Source: Amoeboaphelidium protococcarum X5
Lineage: Eukaryota; Fungi; Aphelidiomycota
Assembly: GCA_023515725.1 (NCBI GenBank)
Contig: JALDTO010000251.1
Coordinates: 62,001 to 126,000, forward strand
DNA length: 64,000 nucleotides
Reading direction: 5' to 3'
Part shown: one piece after another, positions 38,825-53,007 of the stretch
Numbering within the stretch: the first letter of the stretch is position 1
How the letters are laid out: the number at the start of each line of letters is the position of its first letter
The notes under the pieces: model-generated
Databases searched by the model: none
What the model saw: only the letters and a program-made list of their open reading frames with translations
What the model was told of the DNA's origin: nothing
Position numbers and translations under genes: made by a program

Positions 38825-40402
38825 ATGACCAAGTATCATCTGATCAATAACTATCATAATGATAGCATGACTAAATTCATGTTGCGCGCCGGCAGTTTAA
38901 TGACTGCAGCTGTTGTGGCTACTTTACTTATCAGTGTCGTCACACTGTATAACCGCTTGGATAATTTGTCATTTTCAATAGGCTCGTGTGATGGTAATCG
39001 CGATTACTTGCCTGATAATGTTCATATCGACAATATCATGAAGCATATGCAGGCGCTGGAGACTATCGCGCTGACTCATCCCAATAGATCACGCTCCGTC
39101 ATGAATGGTTATGCCAAGTCTGCGGAGTATGTAATGCACTAGCTGAAAACCAAGACTGAATGTGATGTATCCATCCAAAAATTCAAGGTGCCTGTATGGA
39201 CCAAGTATTCATCATCGCTTGCGTTAGCTAAGCCTCTTAAAATTTAATTTCAGGATGGAGTTGATTTTAATTTGATGCGTTATGGAGGTGTATCGTCGTC
39301 TGTGGAGTCTGCTTCACTGTTTGTCGTGCCTGAGGGTAAATCTGGTTGTGATATGGCAGATTTTGATGGAATCGGGAAGCATTAAATTGCTTTACTGCCG
39401 TATGATCCTGCCACCTGTCCGTTGTTCAACTCTTCATTCAACGCTGAGTAATCAGGAGCTTCTGCTGTAATTTACACTTTGTAGTAGAAGCGTCAGACGT
39501 TGCCTAATAGTCGCGTCCGTTTGGAGAAGTGGTTTGAAGGTGATCCGTTGGTTCACATCCCAACTCTGGTGGTGTCATACTCCAATGGCTAGTTGTTAAG
39601 ACGCCAATCTGATAGTGTGGCGTTGAACTTGACAACTGTGACTGATCTGACCGTGTTTGAGACTTTTAATGTGATCTGTTAGACTAAAGAAGGTAATCAA
39701 GACGATGTTGCCATGATGGGTGCCCATCTTGACTCTGTGCCAGTGGAAGGTGATACGGGTATGTCCGATAACGCGTCTGGCTCAAGTGCTCTGCTCGAAG
39801 TTGTACTTGAACTATACAAGACGGGAATGAACAAATCTTTGAAGAATGGTATGAGATTTGCTTGGTGGGGAGCTGAAGAAATTGGCTTGATGGGGTCGCG
39901 TTATTATGTCAAGACGTTGCAGGAGAATCCTACCGAGCATCGCAAGGTATTGGTTTATGGTAATCACGACATGTTGGGTAGTCCGAATTATGTGCCATTT
40001 ATTTATGAGGGAAGTTCTGCTCCTTCTGATAATTTGAGAAAGTCATCCACTCAGTTGTAGCTTCTGTATGAAGATTTCTATGCCTCACTCCCAATGGATA
40101 GTAAGTTTCATCGCAATTTCGCATACTCTGCAATGACTGGTGGCTCTGACTTTTACTCCTTCCTGGAGGGTGGTATTGCCTCTGGTGGATTAGCCACTGG
40201 AGCGGGTGGCCTAAAGACTGTAGAGTAGAGGGAGAAGTTTGGTGGTCTAGCTAATGCTCCTCTTGATCCGTGCTACCATCAGTATTGTGATACATTGTTG
40301 AACATTGACCGCCAAGTTCTTGAGTTAAATGCAAAGGCGGTGGCTTTTGTCACTCAGAGATTGGGATAAATGGACAACTTGAGATTGGTATTTGGCGCTT
40401 GA
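38825..40402 (+). CDS. M28 family aminopeptidase with PA domain (aminopeptidase Y-like) and N-terminal membrane anchor
   Basis: GAHLDSV, DNASGS, WWGAEEIGL, NHDMLGS, GSDFYSF, DPCYHQYCD. Confidence 0.93.
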
Positions 40403-40502
40403 TCGCATAGTTGAAATAATACGAGTCCGGTATAATTATAGTAAACTGATTATCTTTAAATTGAGTTTATTTACCACTTTTAATTAGTTTTTTATATGAA
40501 AT

Positions 40503-43049
40503 TCACTTCTTTTGAGTTTCGATGTGCTTTCTCAACTTCTTCTGCTTATCTCTCAAGGACATTTTCTTCTTTGACGCGATACTCCTCTTGTGCACCATCA
40601 TCATAAAGTTCTTGGACTTCTTCTTCTGCTTGTTCGTCTTACTGCCCTTCTCCAAATTATGCTACCCCTTCCTGCTGCCATGTTTCTTCGTATCCTCGTT
40701 CTGATCTTGCTTCATATGAGCAACACGTTCTTCCTTGGTCTGCTTACGGCGCCTCTGATATCCGAGAATATCTGCAGTTGATACCACGTTGGTGTTGACC
40801 CTCTTATATCCATCCTATTCATCGAGATCGCCAGCCATGTTATTACTCTTTCTTTTGCGCGCCGCAGGACCTTCCACCAGTCGTTTAGCCTCCTTCTCAG
40901 CTTGAATCTATCGAATCTTTTCAAAATCTTCCTAAGTAAGGATTCTTTCAGTTTCCACTCTCGAGAACATACTTGTAGCAGTGACTGACTTGGTTTGGAC
41001 TGCTTCTTCCTCGACACTGTCATTACCTTCAGAGTCTGAGCCAAAGTCGAAATCGAAATCATCTCCCCCATCATCTTCAATCTCAAGATCAGATTCATCG
41101 TCCTCTTCTTCAAAAGATGGATCTTATCCACCAACAATATCACCTTCGACATCAGAACCTTCTCCCTCACCAGCAATCTCATTACCGGCATCATCTTCCT
41201 CGTCACCACTACCCTGATGAAGTGCCAGACCAAGATGAAGCTGCTTACGGCGCCTGCCTTTACCTGATTCTATGTCTTGATTATCTTCCGACTCATTACC
41301 ACTGACACCATCCAAACCACCAAAATCCTCGCCATCACTTCCGGCAAGATCCAAATCTTGATCCAATAACTCAGTACCATCAATACCATCGATAACTTTC
41401 TACTCACCAAATCTGACACCACTTTGTGCTCCAGAATCTCCATGGATGAGCTCCATTTGAGCCAACTTACCACGCTCTTTACGAGGCAACAAATCTGGCT
41501 GCACCTCACGGAACAAGTTGATCAGTCCTCTGCATGCCATCTGAACACCCTTCTCACGATGACTCTTGAATGTGCACAAGTAATGCAGAATCTCTTTATC
41601 CATTGCAAGAGAATTACGACTGCATACCTCTCTGATTGAATTAATACCTGCTTGAATAACCTCGCCACTGAAACTGTCGGTACAGAAATTGTTAACCAAA
41701 GTCTTGACCAACGGCTGCAGGCACTCTTCCGGTGGTACGAGAGAGTGCACAGACTGAGCGAGTATAACCAGTATAGATGTAATATCCTACTGCTTAGGAC
41801 GCAGATACTTCATCATATATGGATAGAAATTGAGTACCAACAACTGATGCAACCCAATCAATCGCGACATTAAATTCATCACCATCAACTTGAGTTCAAA
41901 CTTTAACTCAGTATGACTTTTCATTGCAGATTACTACTACTATTACTGATTCTTCTAAGACTAAACGCCAGTAGATTGTCCCTTAGTAAGAAGTTTAAAC
42001 AGCCGCTCACATAACGTCTAGGGATCATTCAGCAAATGCAGAGCAGAAAAGTTGAAGCTTTCAGCCTTAGACTGCGCGTTCTGCTTCCTCTTGACCACCT
42101 TCATCGCCTTCTATAAAGCTTTCTTATTACCTTTAGCCTTCTTGGATACGACACTTCTAAATTTGAGCTGCTTAATATCAGGCAGACTATTTCCACCATC
42201 AGAATCCTCATCATCGCTGTCATCGTCTTCAGAGTCTGTACCTAGAAAGAACTTTAGAGCCTGTACCAGCACCTTCTTATGAGGAGAAAATAGAGCATCT
42301 GCAATAACATTCACAGTCTTGGCATCATTCCATATCTACTTCTTGTACAACTCTACACAAATATCCAGCGAGTACTTGGCTGCAATGTCACTAGCATCTC
42401 CACTTTCAATCGCTCCATATTGTGCCAGTAACGCGTCTGACTAATTACCACCATTCTAAGACTTGGCAATAATCTGTTGCTAATGACTGGCTGCATCCTC
42501 TGAGATCATTGAGAACATAAAACTCTGCAGCGTTCTATTGACTTTATTATTCTTACCCGAGGAGTTGAGTTACTTGATATCATTGATAATGTACTTCTTC
42601 AACACTTCTCGAAGATTCTTATCGCGGCACTTGAGCAAAAAGAAGGCCAGAGAAAGTAGTGGAGTAGCATCTTGCATCAGACCTTTGCCACGCTGTGGAC
42701 CATTGGATTAGCCACCCGCACCTCTCACAGTCGATTTACTCCTGATCAACATCAAAGATGAGACTAGAGATTTACGCGTCATTGGGTGCATAGTAGTATA
42801 ATTATTTTTCAATAAAGATATTATTTTATCAACAAACCCATCTTTAATCAAATCCTGCGAGTAACAACTACTAACGTGGGCCAGAAAGTGTACAATTTCA
42901 GTGAACAGATCATTCTCCTGCGATGGATCAATCTTGACCAGCGATAAGAGATTGTTAAAATGAGACAGTTATCTCAAGAAATCATCCTTATATCCCTCAG
43001 GATCTCTCTTTACAAGATTCTACAATTACTAAATGGTGAGTTCTGTCAT
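40503..43049 (-). CDS. SDA1: 60S biogenesis factor Sda1
   Basis: [18 protein letters not shown]-terminus, [16 protein letters not shown]; acidic C-terminal region and basic tail. Confidence 0.95.
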
Positions 43050-43318
43050 ACTTTTTATCGATTCAGTTTTGCGTTATTTTCAGAATCAGACTGATCTACT
43101 TGAGTTTTTACCTTTTCCGCTTTCTCTCTGTTTGCTCTTTCTCTCTTTCTCGCTTTGACAGAAACGCGCCTCTGTGCTTCACCTATCACGCGTGTTTCAC
43201 CTCTAGAACGCGTGTCCATGTGCTTGATGAGACTTTAGTGCAGCTATAAATAGTAAAGTAAGGCAGAAATTTCAATTCGAACTATGCAAAAGACTTGTTA
43301 AAGTGCTTCATCATTCAT

Positions 43319-43930
43319 TCATAAGAGACGTACAAAACATCCTAGCGTGCCTTGACCATCCCATTGATGAGGCACTAAATCAAACTACAAAGTATCAGTG
43401 TTCCTCACCACGGTCACTTGGATTATTTGGTCTTAATTGTCGCGAACCAGGTCGGCAATCTTCTTCAGTTTATCACCACTTGACTACTACTTGATATCTC
43501 CAAAAGACACAATTTTGTCACCATCTCTTAGTCCACATTCCCACGCAGGAGAGTCAAAAACTACTCGCTCAATTACAGCAAAAGTTGCGTTAATGTTTTC
43601 TGATGAAGCATTCCCTCCAGCATTTTTGTTGTTATCCTTGTCGTTGATTTATCCCGACTGAGTTCCCACTCGAGTAGTAAAATGCATTTACAGAGCCAGA
43701 TCAATCTATTTCATTAGAGTCCGTAAATCATTCTATAGCTCGATAGTCTACACACGCATCTATCTGATTTGCATGATATCCATATCTGCACGTGGATATC
43801 CATCCCTGTCTATGAGTGGTTCGTGCATCCCAATTTGCTCGCCATCCACTGTCACCATTTGCTGTTGCAACAATCTCAACTAAGATTCTAGTTACTCCTT
43901 CTATCTCAAAAGAACATCCATCTAAGTCAT
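43319..43930 (-). CDS. PSMD9: 26S proteasome assembly chaperone Nas2/p27 (PDZ)
   Basis: IGMHEPLIDRDGYPRADMD...LQND; ends WSRHAR-frame-corrected GQGTLGCFV. Not present in the ORF track. Confidence 0.9.
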
Positions 43931-44099
43931 AATGGTAATGATAGCTCTTTCAACTGAACTAAAATAATATATTCAGGTGATAGATAATTGTTTTAAGAAC
44001 GACTGTTTAAATAGGAAAGAAACGCGTCAATAAGAAACTAAAGAGCTTTCAATAGAGAGAGAGCACTGAACATATATGTACAGTATATATTTAAGACAA

Positions 44100-45137
44100 T
44101 CAAGCCATGTTTAACAAATAGTCAAGTTCAAACATCTCAGTCTCCTTGGCATAGTGGAAGCTGATGGGCCGAGATGAGAAAAAGATCGATTCCATCTTGT
44201 CCCAGCCGCGCCATTCGTTTATACTGCGAGGCAGGTACGGATTTAGTCCTTAGTTATTGGTCAAAGTAACATTGTAATGATAGTAGAGACACCAGGAGAG
44301 GAGTACATCTTCACCCCAGGACTCGTCAGCGCGTGCTCCATTTATTTCATCACACCTGGACATGTTGGCGGCGAACATATTCAACATCTGTGAGGAGAAG
44401 AGATATCCGGCACCACCAGACGCCAGAGGGACAGGTTCATCATCGCGCGACTTGATCTACCTGCCGACGAGGTATGGTGTCTTCATGGGATCCTGATATT
44501 GCCGCAATGATTTTACAAGATTAGGAATTAGCACAAATGTATCATCATCTACTTTGAAAAACCATTTATACTTCTTCTTATTCTTGTTATTGCTACTCTG
44601 TTTTACATTAATACTCTTGAAATCTGATAGCGATTAATGTTCATACAAATACCGCCATGCAGCGAGAGTCTTTTTAGTTATATGATGAGTATTACCCTCT
44701 GCCACATCCAATTAAATCACCTCATCCAGAGCAGGACTAGTCAAATTAAGATCTAGGAAGGGATGTTTAATAGTTTTCGCCTATTACTATAGAATAAAAC
44801 TAGTCAAATTAAAATCCTAATTCTAAGATTTTCCAATCATATAGCGAATGGTTGACCGAGATTTGTTCGGATTTCCCCAGGTGTTGTGAATATTCCATAT
44901 CCTGTTAATAGTCTACGGCGATGTAATGACAGCTATGAATATATCATCCTCAAGGACGTGACTCCTCTAACGAAAGGAGAGGGACAGCGAAGAGTCTTCA
45001 TTAGGCACGAGTGATGATGGATCGGCGTCTGTTCGGTACCAGCGCACAAGAATATACAGATTGATCATCACCAGCAAGAAAGCCAGCATTTTGGCCACAT
45101 TACCAGATAATAGACTCATTAATTAGAATCGCTTCAT
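44100..45137 (-). CDS. Glycosyltransferase family 31 (C1GALT1/Fringe-like), type II membrane protein
   Basis: N-terminal TM; WFFKVDDDTFV, ASGGAGYLFS, EDVLLSWCL, ISFHY. Confidence 0.88.
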
Positions 45138-45449
45138 TATCCAGCTTATGCTTTTCTGTCTTGTAATAATGAGCGCAGGCTAAAGCGATAATATTTTTAT
45201 GCTACTGACAGAGAAAGAGGGTGAGCTGCTGGTTACAGATGAGGAGAAAACACGGGTGAGGAAGAGAACAAATGCGACAATCATTTGAGGCCAAGCTTCT
45301 AACAAAAGCAATGAAAAGAGGGGAAATGTAAAACTATAATATTTATTTATCTTTAGGCATTTATAACTCTTTATGTATCGCTTTAATATATTTTATATAG
45401 TACAATTACCAACCCATGACAAAGTAAGGACGGTACGCGTAATCCTCTA

Positions 45450-47909
45450 TCAACTTCTCGTCTACTTCACCTGGACATTGTTGCGTCCATTGCCACCAGT
45501 ATTCTTCTCCTGATTCAAGTCTGAATAAACATTGAAACTATTGCCGCCATTCAGAGACTCAATTTAATGTTAGTCTAAAGCAAAATTCAACTCTTACTAC
45601 TTCACGAGTGCATCAGCACCATCAGAACTTATACCAAGATCTTTATGCAACTGACGAACAAACTTTTCGCGATGATGAGCACGCTAGTTCTATCTTGATT
45701 GCTAATCTTCCATCTAGCCAGGATCACCAGACGCTCCATTGCCTCCATTCAGCACATTTGTAAAAGGTCCACTATGGCTGGTGGGCTTCACGTTGTCTTT
45801 ATCCACACAATACATCCAGATGCGCGTGCGATAAATCTGATACAAATCCCTGACCAGAGTACGGAAGTCAATTCTCGGCGCTGGTTGATTAGGATAAAAT
45901 GTTGGTAGAGTAACGGTGAAGAAGTACGTCAACTTTCTTCGATCCCATTAGTACTCGGCATCAATAATAGCCATTGGTAGTTTCCACTCTTGCACCTTGT
46001 ACTACCCAACTGCGATTGCATTCAATTCATCGCGAATCTTGGACTGCAGTGATTCGATTTCCACAGCCGAGGCAAGTCTATAAATCTTCTTTGGCATGCC
46101 ATTGTTACCACCATTGCCGCTACCAGACTACGCACCCTACTAACCACCAAACATTTACATACCGCCACCTGGATAGTTGAAGTCATATTAGTCATCCATA
46201 CCCAATCCTAGACCAAAATGCTGCATCTAGCTGTGTTATAACATCTGATTATTCTTCTATCCGCCATGTCCACTTGAATTCTTTCTAGGCAAAGGAACAT
46301 TAATATTGTCCATCAAAACTCGGCCCAAATCTTCACCGCGATCAGCTTCCACCACAACATAGTCGCCAATTTTGATTTTAAGGTTAGATGGTTCTTCGTA
46401 CCCATATACATTTATTGAGGGAGCTATGTAAAACGTGTCAGTACGGCCACTGGTAAACTGAACTAGGTAACAAGTCAATGACTAAGGAGTACCGCCATAA
46501 GGAATACTCGACTGGGCATCAAAGTAATTACCACTCCCTGCACCATATTGAGACGATAAACCGATACCATTGCCGCAATTCATTAAAGACCCGGTATGCG
46601 CATGAGCTGCGGCAACATTTTAAGATGAACTGCTACTAGGCATAAATACAGGCGCATTCAACAGAGAACGATCAAACATCAAAGACTTCTAATCATTGAG
46701 TCCATACGAAGAATTGAGGGCATCTTCGACTTGTTACGGATACTAGTAAATGGAATCAGTTCTACCACCAGTTGGATAAGATTCCTCTTCAATCGGAGTC
46801 TATTAACGGAAATTAAAAGAGTCACCTCCAAATAAAGACTAACTGCCAAAAGTGCTAGGAAGCGAGAACTTGCGCTGTGATGGATGACTGTTCTACGCCG
46901 CCGGTTTCCAATCAATAGGATTCTAAAATTCATCAACTCCAGATTAGTTCAAAGACGACGCAAGGTTGCCGCGTGAACTAGCAGATCTTAAACCAGAGAA
47001 AGCATTGAACGCACTACCGCCTGCGGGAAATAACTGACTAGTGTTAAGAGAAGACGAGCTCTGTGCAATATCAGAATTGGACGAGCTGATGTTAGAGTCA
47101 CAGATGGCACTCAGATTAGCATTGGACGACTATGCGCTACTTCCAATTACGGACAGCTTCTCAAAAGCAGAATTAAAAGGACTGTCAGTGAATAGAGAAT
47201 TGGAGACGGTGTGGCGTCTAGCTTTAGTTCTACTATTCGCACCATGACCGCTTGTCTTTTCATCACCGGCAGGAGAGCTGTGGACAGACTTTCCAATCGG
47301 ACCCACAGCCAGATTTCTTACAGACATTGAGCTAGGCAGAGTGGATGTTTTAACAGGACCGCTCTTGCTAACACCGCTGACCATACTAGCGTTTTGATTG
47401 CTTTGAGTTAAAGAAGACGCCGGTCTTGTCTCTGTAGGCCCCATAGACTAAATGTCAGACATTAAGCTCCTAATCATGTCTGCAGCATTGACATACGGCG
47501 CACCGCCATCGCAGCTATCCACTTATTGACTGCGTACACCAGACTTATCTTCATCACGGCTAGAGCTGACTTAAGAGCCATTTTATGAATCATTCGGATG
47601 GTAAGACTTGTTGCTGGAACGTGTAGACACGGACTAGTTCATAGAATGCTCAGGAGTTGGTGTTGTTGAATCTACAGGTGTGGCCTCATTGGACTACGAC
47701 TGGGGAGGAGTGAATAGACGGTCTTCATCATCTTTACGATCGCCACCCAATCTGTCAGATTTATCAGAAGTGATGAGCTAATCAGCACTCAGTGGCCCAT
47801 CAATGTCCATGCTAATACTCTACGACTGCATCTCAGCAGATTTCTATTTCTAATCTTATTCATCTCTCTTTTACGCCAGAATCGACGCATATGTCTTACT
47901 CGTTTCCAT
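45450..47909 (-). CDS. PSP1 C-terminal domain protein with long Ser/Gln-rich N-terminus
   Basis: GDYVVVEADRGEDLG, DAEYQWDRRKLTYFF, RIDFRTLVRDLYQIYRTRIWM. Confidence 0.9.
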
Positions 47910-48805
47910 CTCTTATACAGTAATCTTTATATTATTCAATCTATCTATCTACAAGCGCGAATATTTCAATAAACAATGATTAAATTTGATAATGAGTTAA
48001 ATACATACATGCAATATACACACACACTTTATCCAACAAGACGTATAATCTGATTAACTGATGTATTTATTACAAATGATCTCGCCGATGACAAGAACAG
48101 CAGACGCAGACGTGTACAATTTATTTAGTGTAAATACGGTCTAGATGAGATCTATATATACAGTATATACAATGAAAAGTGACACCAACAGAGACGCCCT
48201 ATACAGAAACAAAGTGTGACTGAATGTGGAGAGTGAAATATGTGGCTTTTTCCCGTTCGTTGTTCTTCTTCTGCGCACACACAAAAGAGCGGAAGGGAAG
48301 TGAGAGAGAGAAAGGGGTCGCTCAAGCGGCGTTTATTTCAAGTGTGGCTGAGTATCCGCGCGTCGTTTCAGTTACCTCGCTGTTCCGAAAAGGGAAATTC
48401 CGTCTCTATTGCTGCTGATTAACACTTTATGTCATGCACATGATTCCTTGAAGATAGCATTGTGGTACCTAAGTTTATGGGCTTCTAGTATCTGAAGCGG
48501 TTCAATATTTTTGACTCGCAATATGCATGGCGCAGCAAATGACTTTTTGCAATTTTCTCCAGCAGATAAATGCTCCGTGCTGTGTATAACGAAGACTGTA
48601 ATTAAGATGGCTCACTGCGGACGAGTCTCTCAGACACCGTGTTTCAGTCATAACCATTGTTCTTTCGCTTTAGTGTTAGCTTTTTCGAATTAATTCTTGA
48701 ATGGCTTGTTTAAGCACCTAGTTATCTCCATAGCTTTAATTCTTCAAACTTCGACTCGCGTTCTATTTTCCACACTACATTCAAATCGATCAAAGGTGGG
48801 AAATA

Positions 48806-51800
48806 ATGAAGCACGTCGATTTGAGAGAGTATTCACGTCTGCAGAAGTTGTATATCGCGTAAGTTCGCAGTCAGACGCGTAATATATAAAGTTTGGATCT
48901 TTGTGATGTTTAGGAGCTGCTTGACACGTTAGTCAAATATTATATACAAGCCATATTACCTGGTCTTTTGATATTGTATTATAAGCTTATTGCAGTGTTC
49001 CTATCCAGAAGTTTCAATCAAGATATAAATGATGATATTATGACTTAATTGCGGTAGGCTTGGGACACTGATCATCATAAATAGGATGTGTATTTTAGAT
49101 TGGTATAGATACTTGTGGAACGTGATATTAAGCAGAATTTTGGCTGCAATTATGAGGAATTTGATATTCTCGTTAGTTTATTTGAATAGTTGGACGTGTT
49201 TGAATTTAAAGAGCTTTGGACTGAGTTGTTCATTAGATTGGACTTGTCTGTAATTGGATCCTCTGACATGTAAGCATTATTGGTGATTCTGATAGAGCAG
49301 GTGTAATGCGAATCTTCTTCAGTGACTCGCCAGTTGTTTGCAAGATGTCTCGGCCATGTTTTGAATTATCTTGATATATCTGGACTGATGCTTGTTCAGG
49401 ATTGTATCAACCGAATGCCAGTTGGGCATAAGAGCCGCTTATAGTTTAAAGTTTTAACTATAAAGCGCGCATAGATATTGAATGTTGAAGTTAAATTGGA
49501 GGATTTCTAGGAGGTTCTCACTGAAGTTGCCAACTCTCTTTAAACTGATGTTAATGCCATTAATGCCGCTTCGGATTATCTGCTCACAGTGATAGATGTT
49601 ATTCAGTAGTAGCAGCTGTAACTGTAAGACAAAGTTTAGAATATTTAAGAGTACTGGAATGAGCTGTACAATCGTTTATTAGAATTGGTATGTGGCATTG
49701 TTGATGATGATCATTTATAGCGTATATCTTCTAATGTTTTGAAAAGACTGGTCGAAGCGTATTCCGGATTCTGGATGTTCATGGTCCAAGAATTTGCGTC
49801 GAGTCCATCATCGCTAGGAATAGACAGGGCTTTACTCCTCGTCTTGGTATGCAGCCATTTGACTTTGAATGATTTCAATCATCTTGTTGCATGCAAAGTC
49901 TTTAGAGAAGATTGTATCAAATGTCTAGTTGAAAAGTGTGTCGTTCTGCTTAGGCATGACTTCTTTTTCGTGAGACAAGCTGCACTTAAGGTTATTTTAA
50001 CGTGTACATCAGTAATATAATGTGCGATTATTGAAAAACAATGTCAGGCTGCTATAATCACGAGCATTAAGCTTAATGGACGGGTTAGTGATAGTAAGAT
50101 TTAAAAGTTCATTCGTTTGCTTTAAGAACATTTTATCCCAAGTAATCGCACCATTGGAAAGTTGGGGAGTAAATTTGCAATTGGAGGGAACACTAATTCA
50201 TTAAATGAAGAGCTACTATGCGAGATATTGGAGGTCCTATCTCCCTTTATGCTTCCTGGCGCACTTTAATCGTAGACTCTACTTGCGCTCAAGTTGTTGC
50301 TGCTTTTGAATTCCATTTCGCGTTAGAATCTCATGGAAGCTTTATCATCAATGAAGTTAAACATAAGCTACATCTTGGAATTTGCAGATAGAGAGCTTTG
50401 GGCATTGTCGTAGGAAACTCGATCAACTGCTGCATAGCTTTATGGTAAATTCATCTCTGCGGAATCTTTAACAGTGAATGAACTCGTGCGTTAACAATCA
50501 GAAAATTAAAGGCCAAATAAAGTCGAGTCCTATATGGTCAAATTGTCTTTGTTGCAAACTCAACAGCCTAATACGGTGTAAAAGTGCATTATTGATTGCT
50601 TTGTCGATACAGTTAAACGTTATGATTCTAAGGACTATAAGCACAGTATTCTGCAGTAACCGTTGTTTGGTATAATTATGGCCTTGGAAAAGTTTTGTGA
50701 TAAGATGGACTTGATTGCAGTAAAGCATTAAATTTGGATGTATTTATAATTTGCTGAATAGTGTCTTATGGAAGTAGAGTCAAGTTATAAACCGGATGAA
50801 TAGTCGAATCTGCTGTCTTCCAATTAGTTATCGCTTCTCAAGGATGATTAAGAGCGAGTCGCCTGGCGCTGTGTTGAATAAGCGTTGAAATTGATAGTGT
50901 CTCTGTGCAGCTTTGAACTATCGTGTCTTTCGATCGGTATCGCTGAAGTTTCTAAAGTTTAGTAAGAATTGATGAAAGTGTCAACTGTGTTCTCTCATTG
51001 GGGCGTAGCACAAGTTAGTGCTCAGCTACTATCACAATTAACGACGTCTTGTCTCTCTTAGCAAATGTATTCCCATATACCACAGGAGTGGATTGAGCAG
51101 ATTATTTACGGCGTTTTGTCTGGGTAGTATTAATTTCTTAAAATTGATGGCCGATTTTCAGGAATACCTGGCTAGATCAAAGCTATTTTGAATTCGTTTA
51201 ATGGTGATGAAAAGAGAGTGATTTTGATTTCATTAGTACGTCGTCTCAGCGCGGAACTTAAGTGTGGACAATACGCGTCTGATGCTGCCTTTGTCCTCAG
51301 ATACATTTATGAAGATTATTCGCTGTCTGAAATGGTTCAGTATTTTGTGCCCGAAATTACATGCTCCATCATAAAAATGAAATTATCTGACTTGAGCGCA
51401 ATGGCAAGAAATACAATGCAAAGTCTATTTTCATTGCTGTGCAAAGAGTTAGTCAACCGGTATACTACCTTGAAGAATCTCAAAGCTCATCAATCTTATC
51501 TGTACGCTTTATTGCTTGAATCTTTGGAGGCCGACAATTAGTATCTGTGTATGCTCGTGATCAAAGACTTGTTAGATAGCGATGTGTAAAGACAATTTGG
51601 ATATCGATATGAAGAATTAGAAGCTGCTCTGATCAGAAAATTAGGATCATTTATGTGGCATGTGCGTTCTGCTGCGGTACATTGCCTTACAATGATGAAC
51701 GTCAGTGCTGAACGCGTCAAAAGTGTTTTATAGTCTTCTGGTTGCAAATAATCTACTAATTTTAAGCATGGATTGCTTTGCTTGAACAGATCCACTTATC

Positions 51801-52636
51801 GGGTGAACCCCCATTAGAATTACAGTTCACTTATGAACAGTTTGAGCGAAGGATCTCAAGATGAGATGGGTATATTTATTAATTCTGCTTTACTTGGCGA
51901 TGAAGCCAGTAATGGATTTGATGAAGGTGCCAAAATTGCATTGTAGGAACTATCAATTGTCGAGTATTTGCGAATGTCCTCCTGTAAAAAGAAAGTCATC
52001 CTTTCTGCTTTACTAAATAATCTTTAAGTATAGTAGGACAAGTTGAACGATATATTGCTGAATGATTTGACCCTTTCCAGCGGAAATGAGGATTTATCAT
52101 TGGCCACGGTTTAATTAGCGAGCAAATGTTACCATTCCACGTTCTTGAGCTAGTGCGTATCGCCTCTTCTTGTGATACTGAGTGCTCTACTCTCTGCTGA
52201 TGTGCGTCTATAAAATGCTGCAATTTAAGGTTTACAAATTAAGACTGGCATTCCAAAGTAGGTCGATTTGCTTATCTCTGACATATTCTGCTAATTAAGG
52301 TAGTATCCGCTCAATGACGATAGCTTGGTGATCTTTAAGAAGTATATAACAAAAATTCTCGGCGATGGATTACTTTGCCTTGACTCGATAAAGATGCAAG
52401 ATATGCTTAGGAATCCAGATTCCTACAATTAGCCTATTGAAGTTAATTGGCATTTGATCTTGTCAGAAATTGTCAGATTGATTAATGATCGCTCCCTGAA
52501 ACTAGAGGTTACGCATGTTGATAAATATCGACAAATGCTTTCGGTTATTAGGGACTATACTGCGTAAAATGAGCAAATATTGTCGTATGCGCACGTCTAT
52601 ATAATGCGCGAAAGGCTTTAGTTACTATGCCGGTGA
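48806..52636 (+). CDS. Large ARM/HEAT-like helical-repeat protein, about 1276 aa, unidentified
   Basis: Track fragments, start and stop share one frame under TAR=Gln (spot-checked, not every codon); Leu-rich helices with HEAT-like FFVRQAALKVI and WHVRSAAVHCL. Confidence 0.75.
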
Positions 52637-53007
52637 TTTCAAGAGTTTGAAGATACTCATGATTAGATTCTCTATAGACTATAAGTATACTATTTTCTTA
52701 CCTCTTTTGACTGCTTTTGATGGGTGTCAGCACTATTCTCGTGTTAGCTTGAGGCGAAAGTGCGCGCGCAAAAGATTTCTAGTTGATAATGTGACCATAA
52801 ACTCCAACTTACCATCATGTTACCACCAATCAACAGATCTTAAAGTGCCGTGTCATATCACACGCGAGTTTCTACCAGCGAATCACATAACATTCTCAGC
52901 CGTGGGAATTCAGGAGGCGTAAACGCGTGCTTTTTATCACAATTATGGACTGAATATTTTTGATCTTCGTCATTCCAATAAAAAATAACAAGATATAATA
53001 TTTGGAA

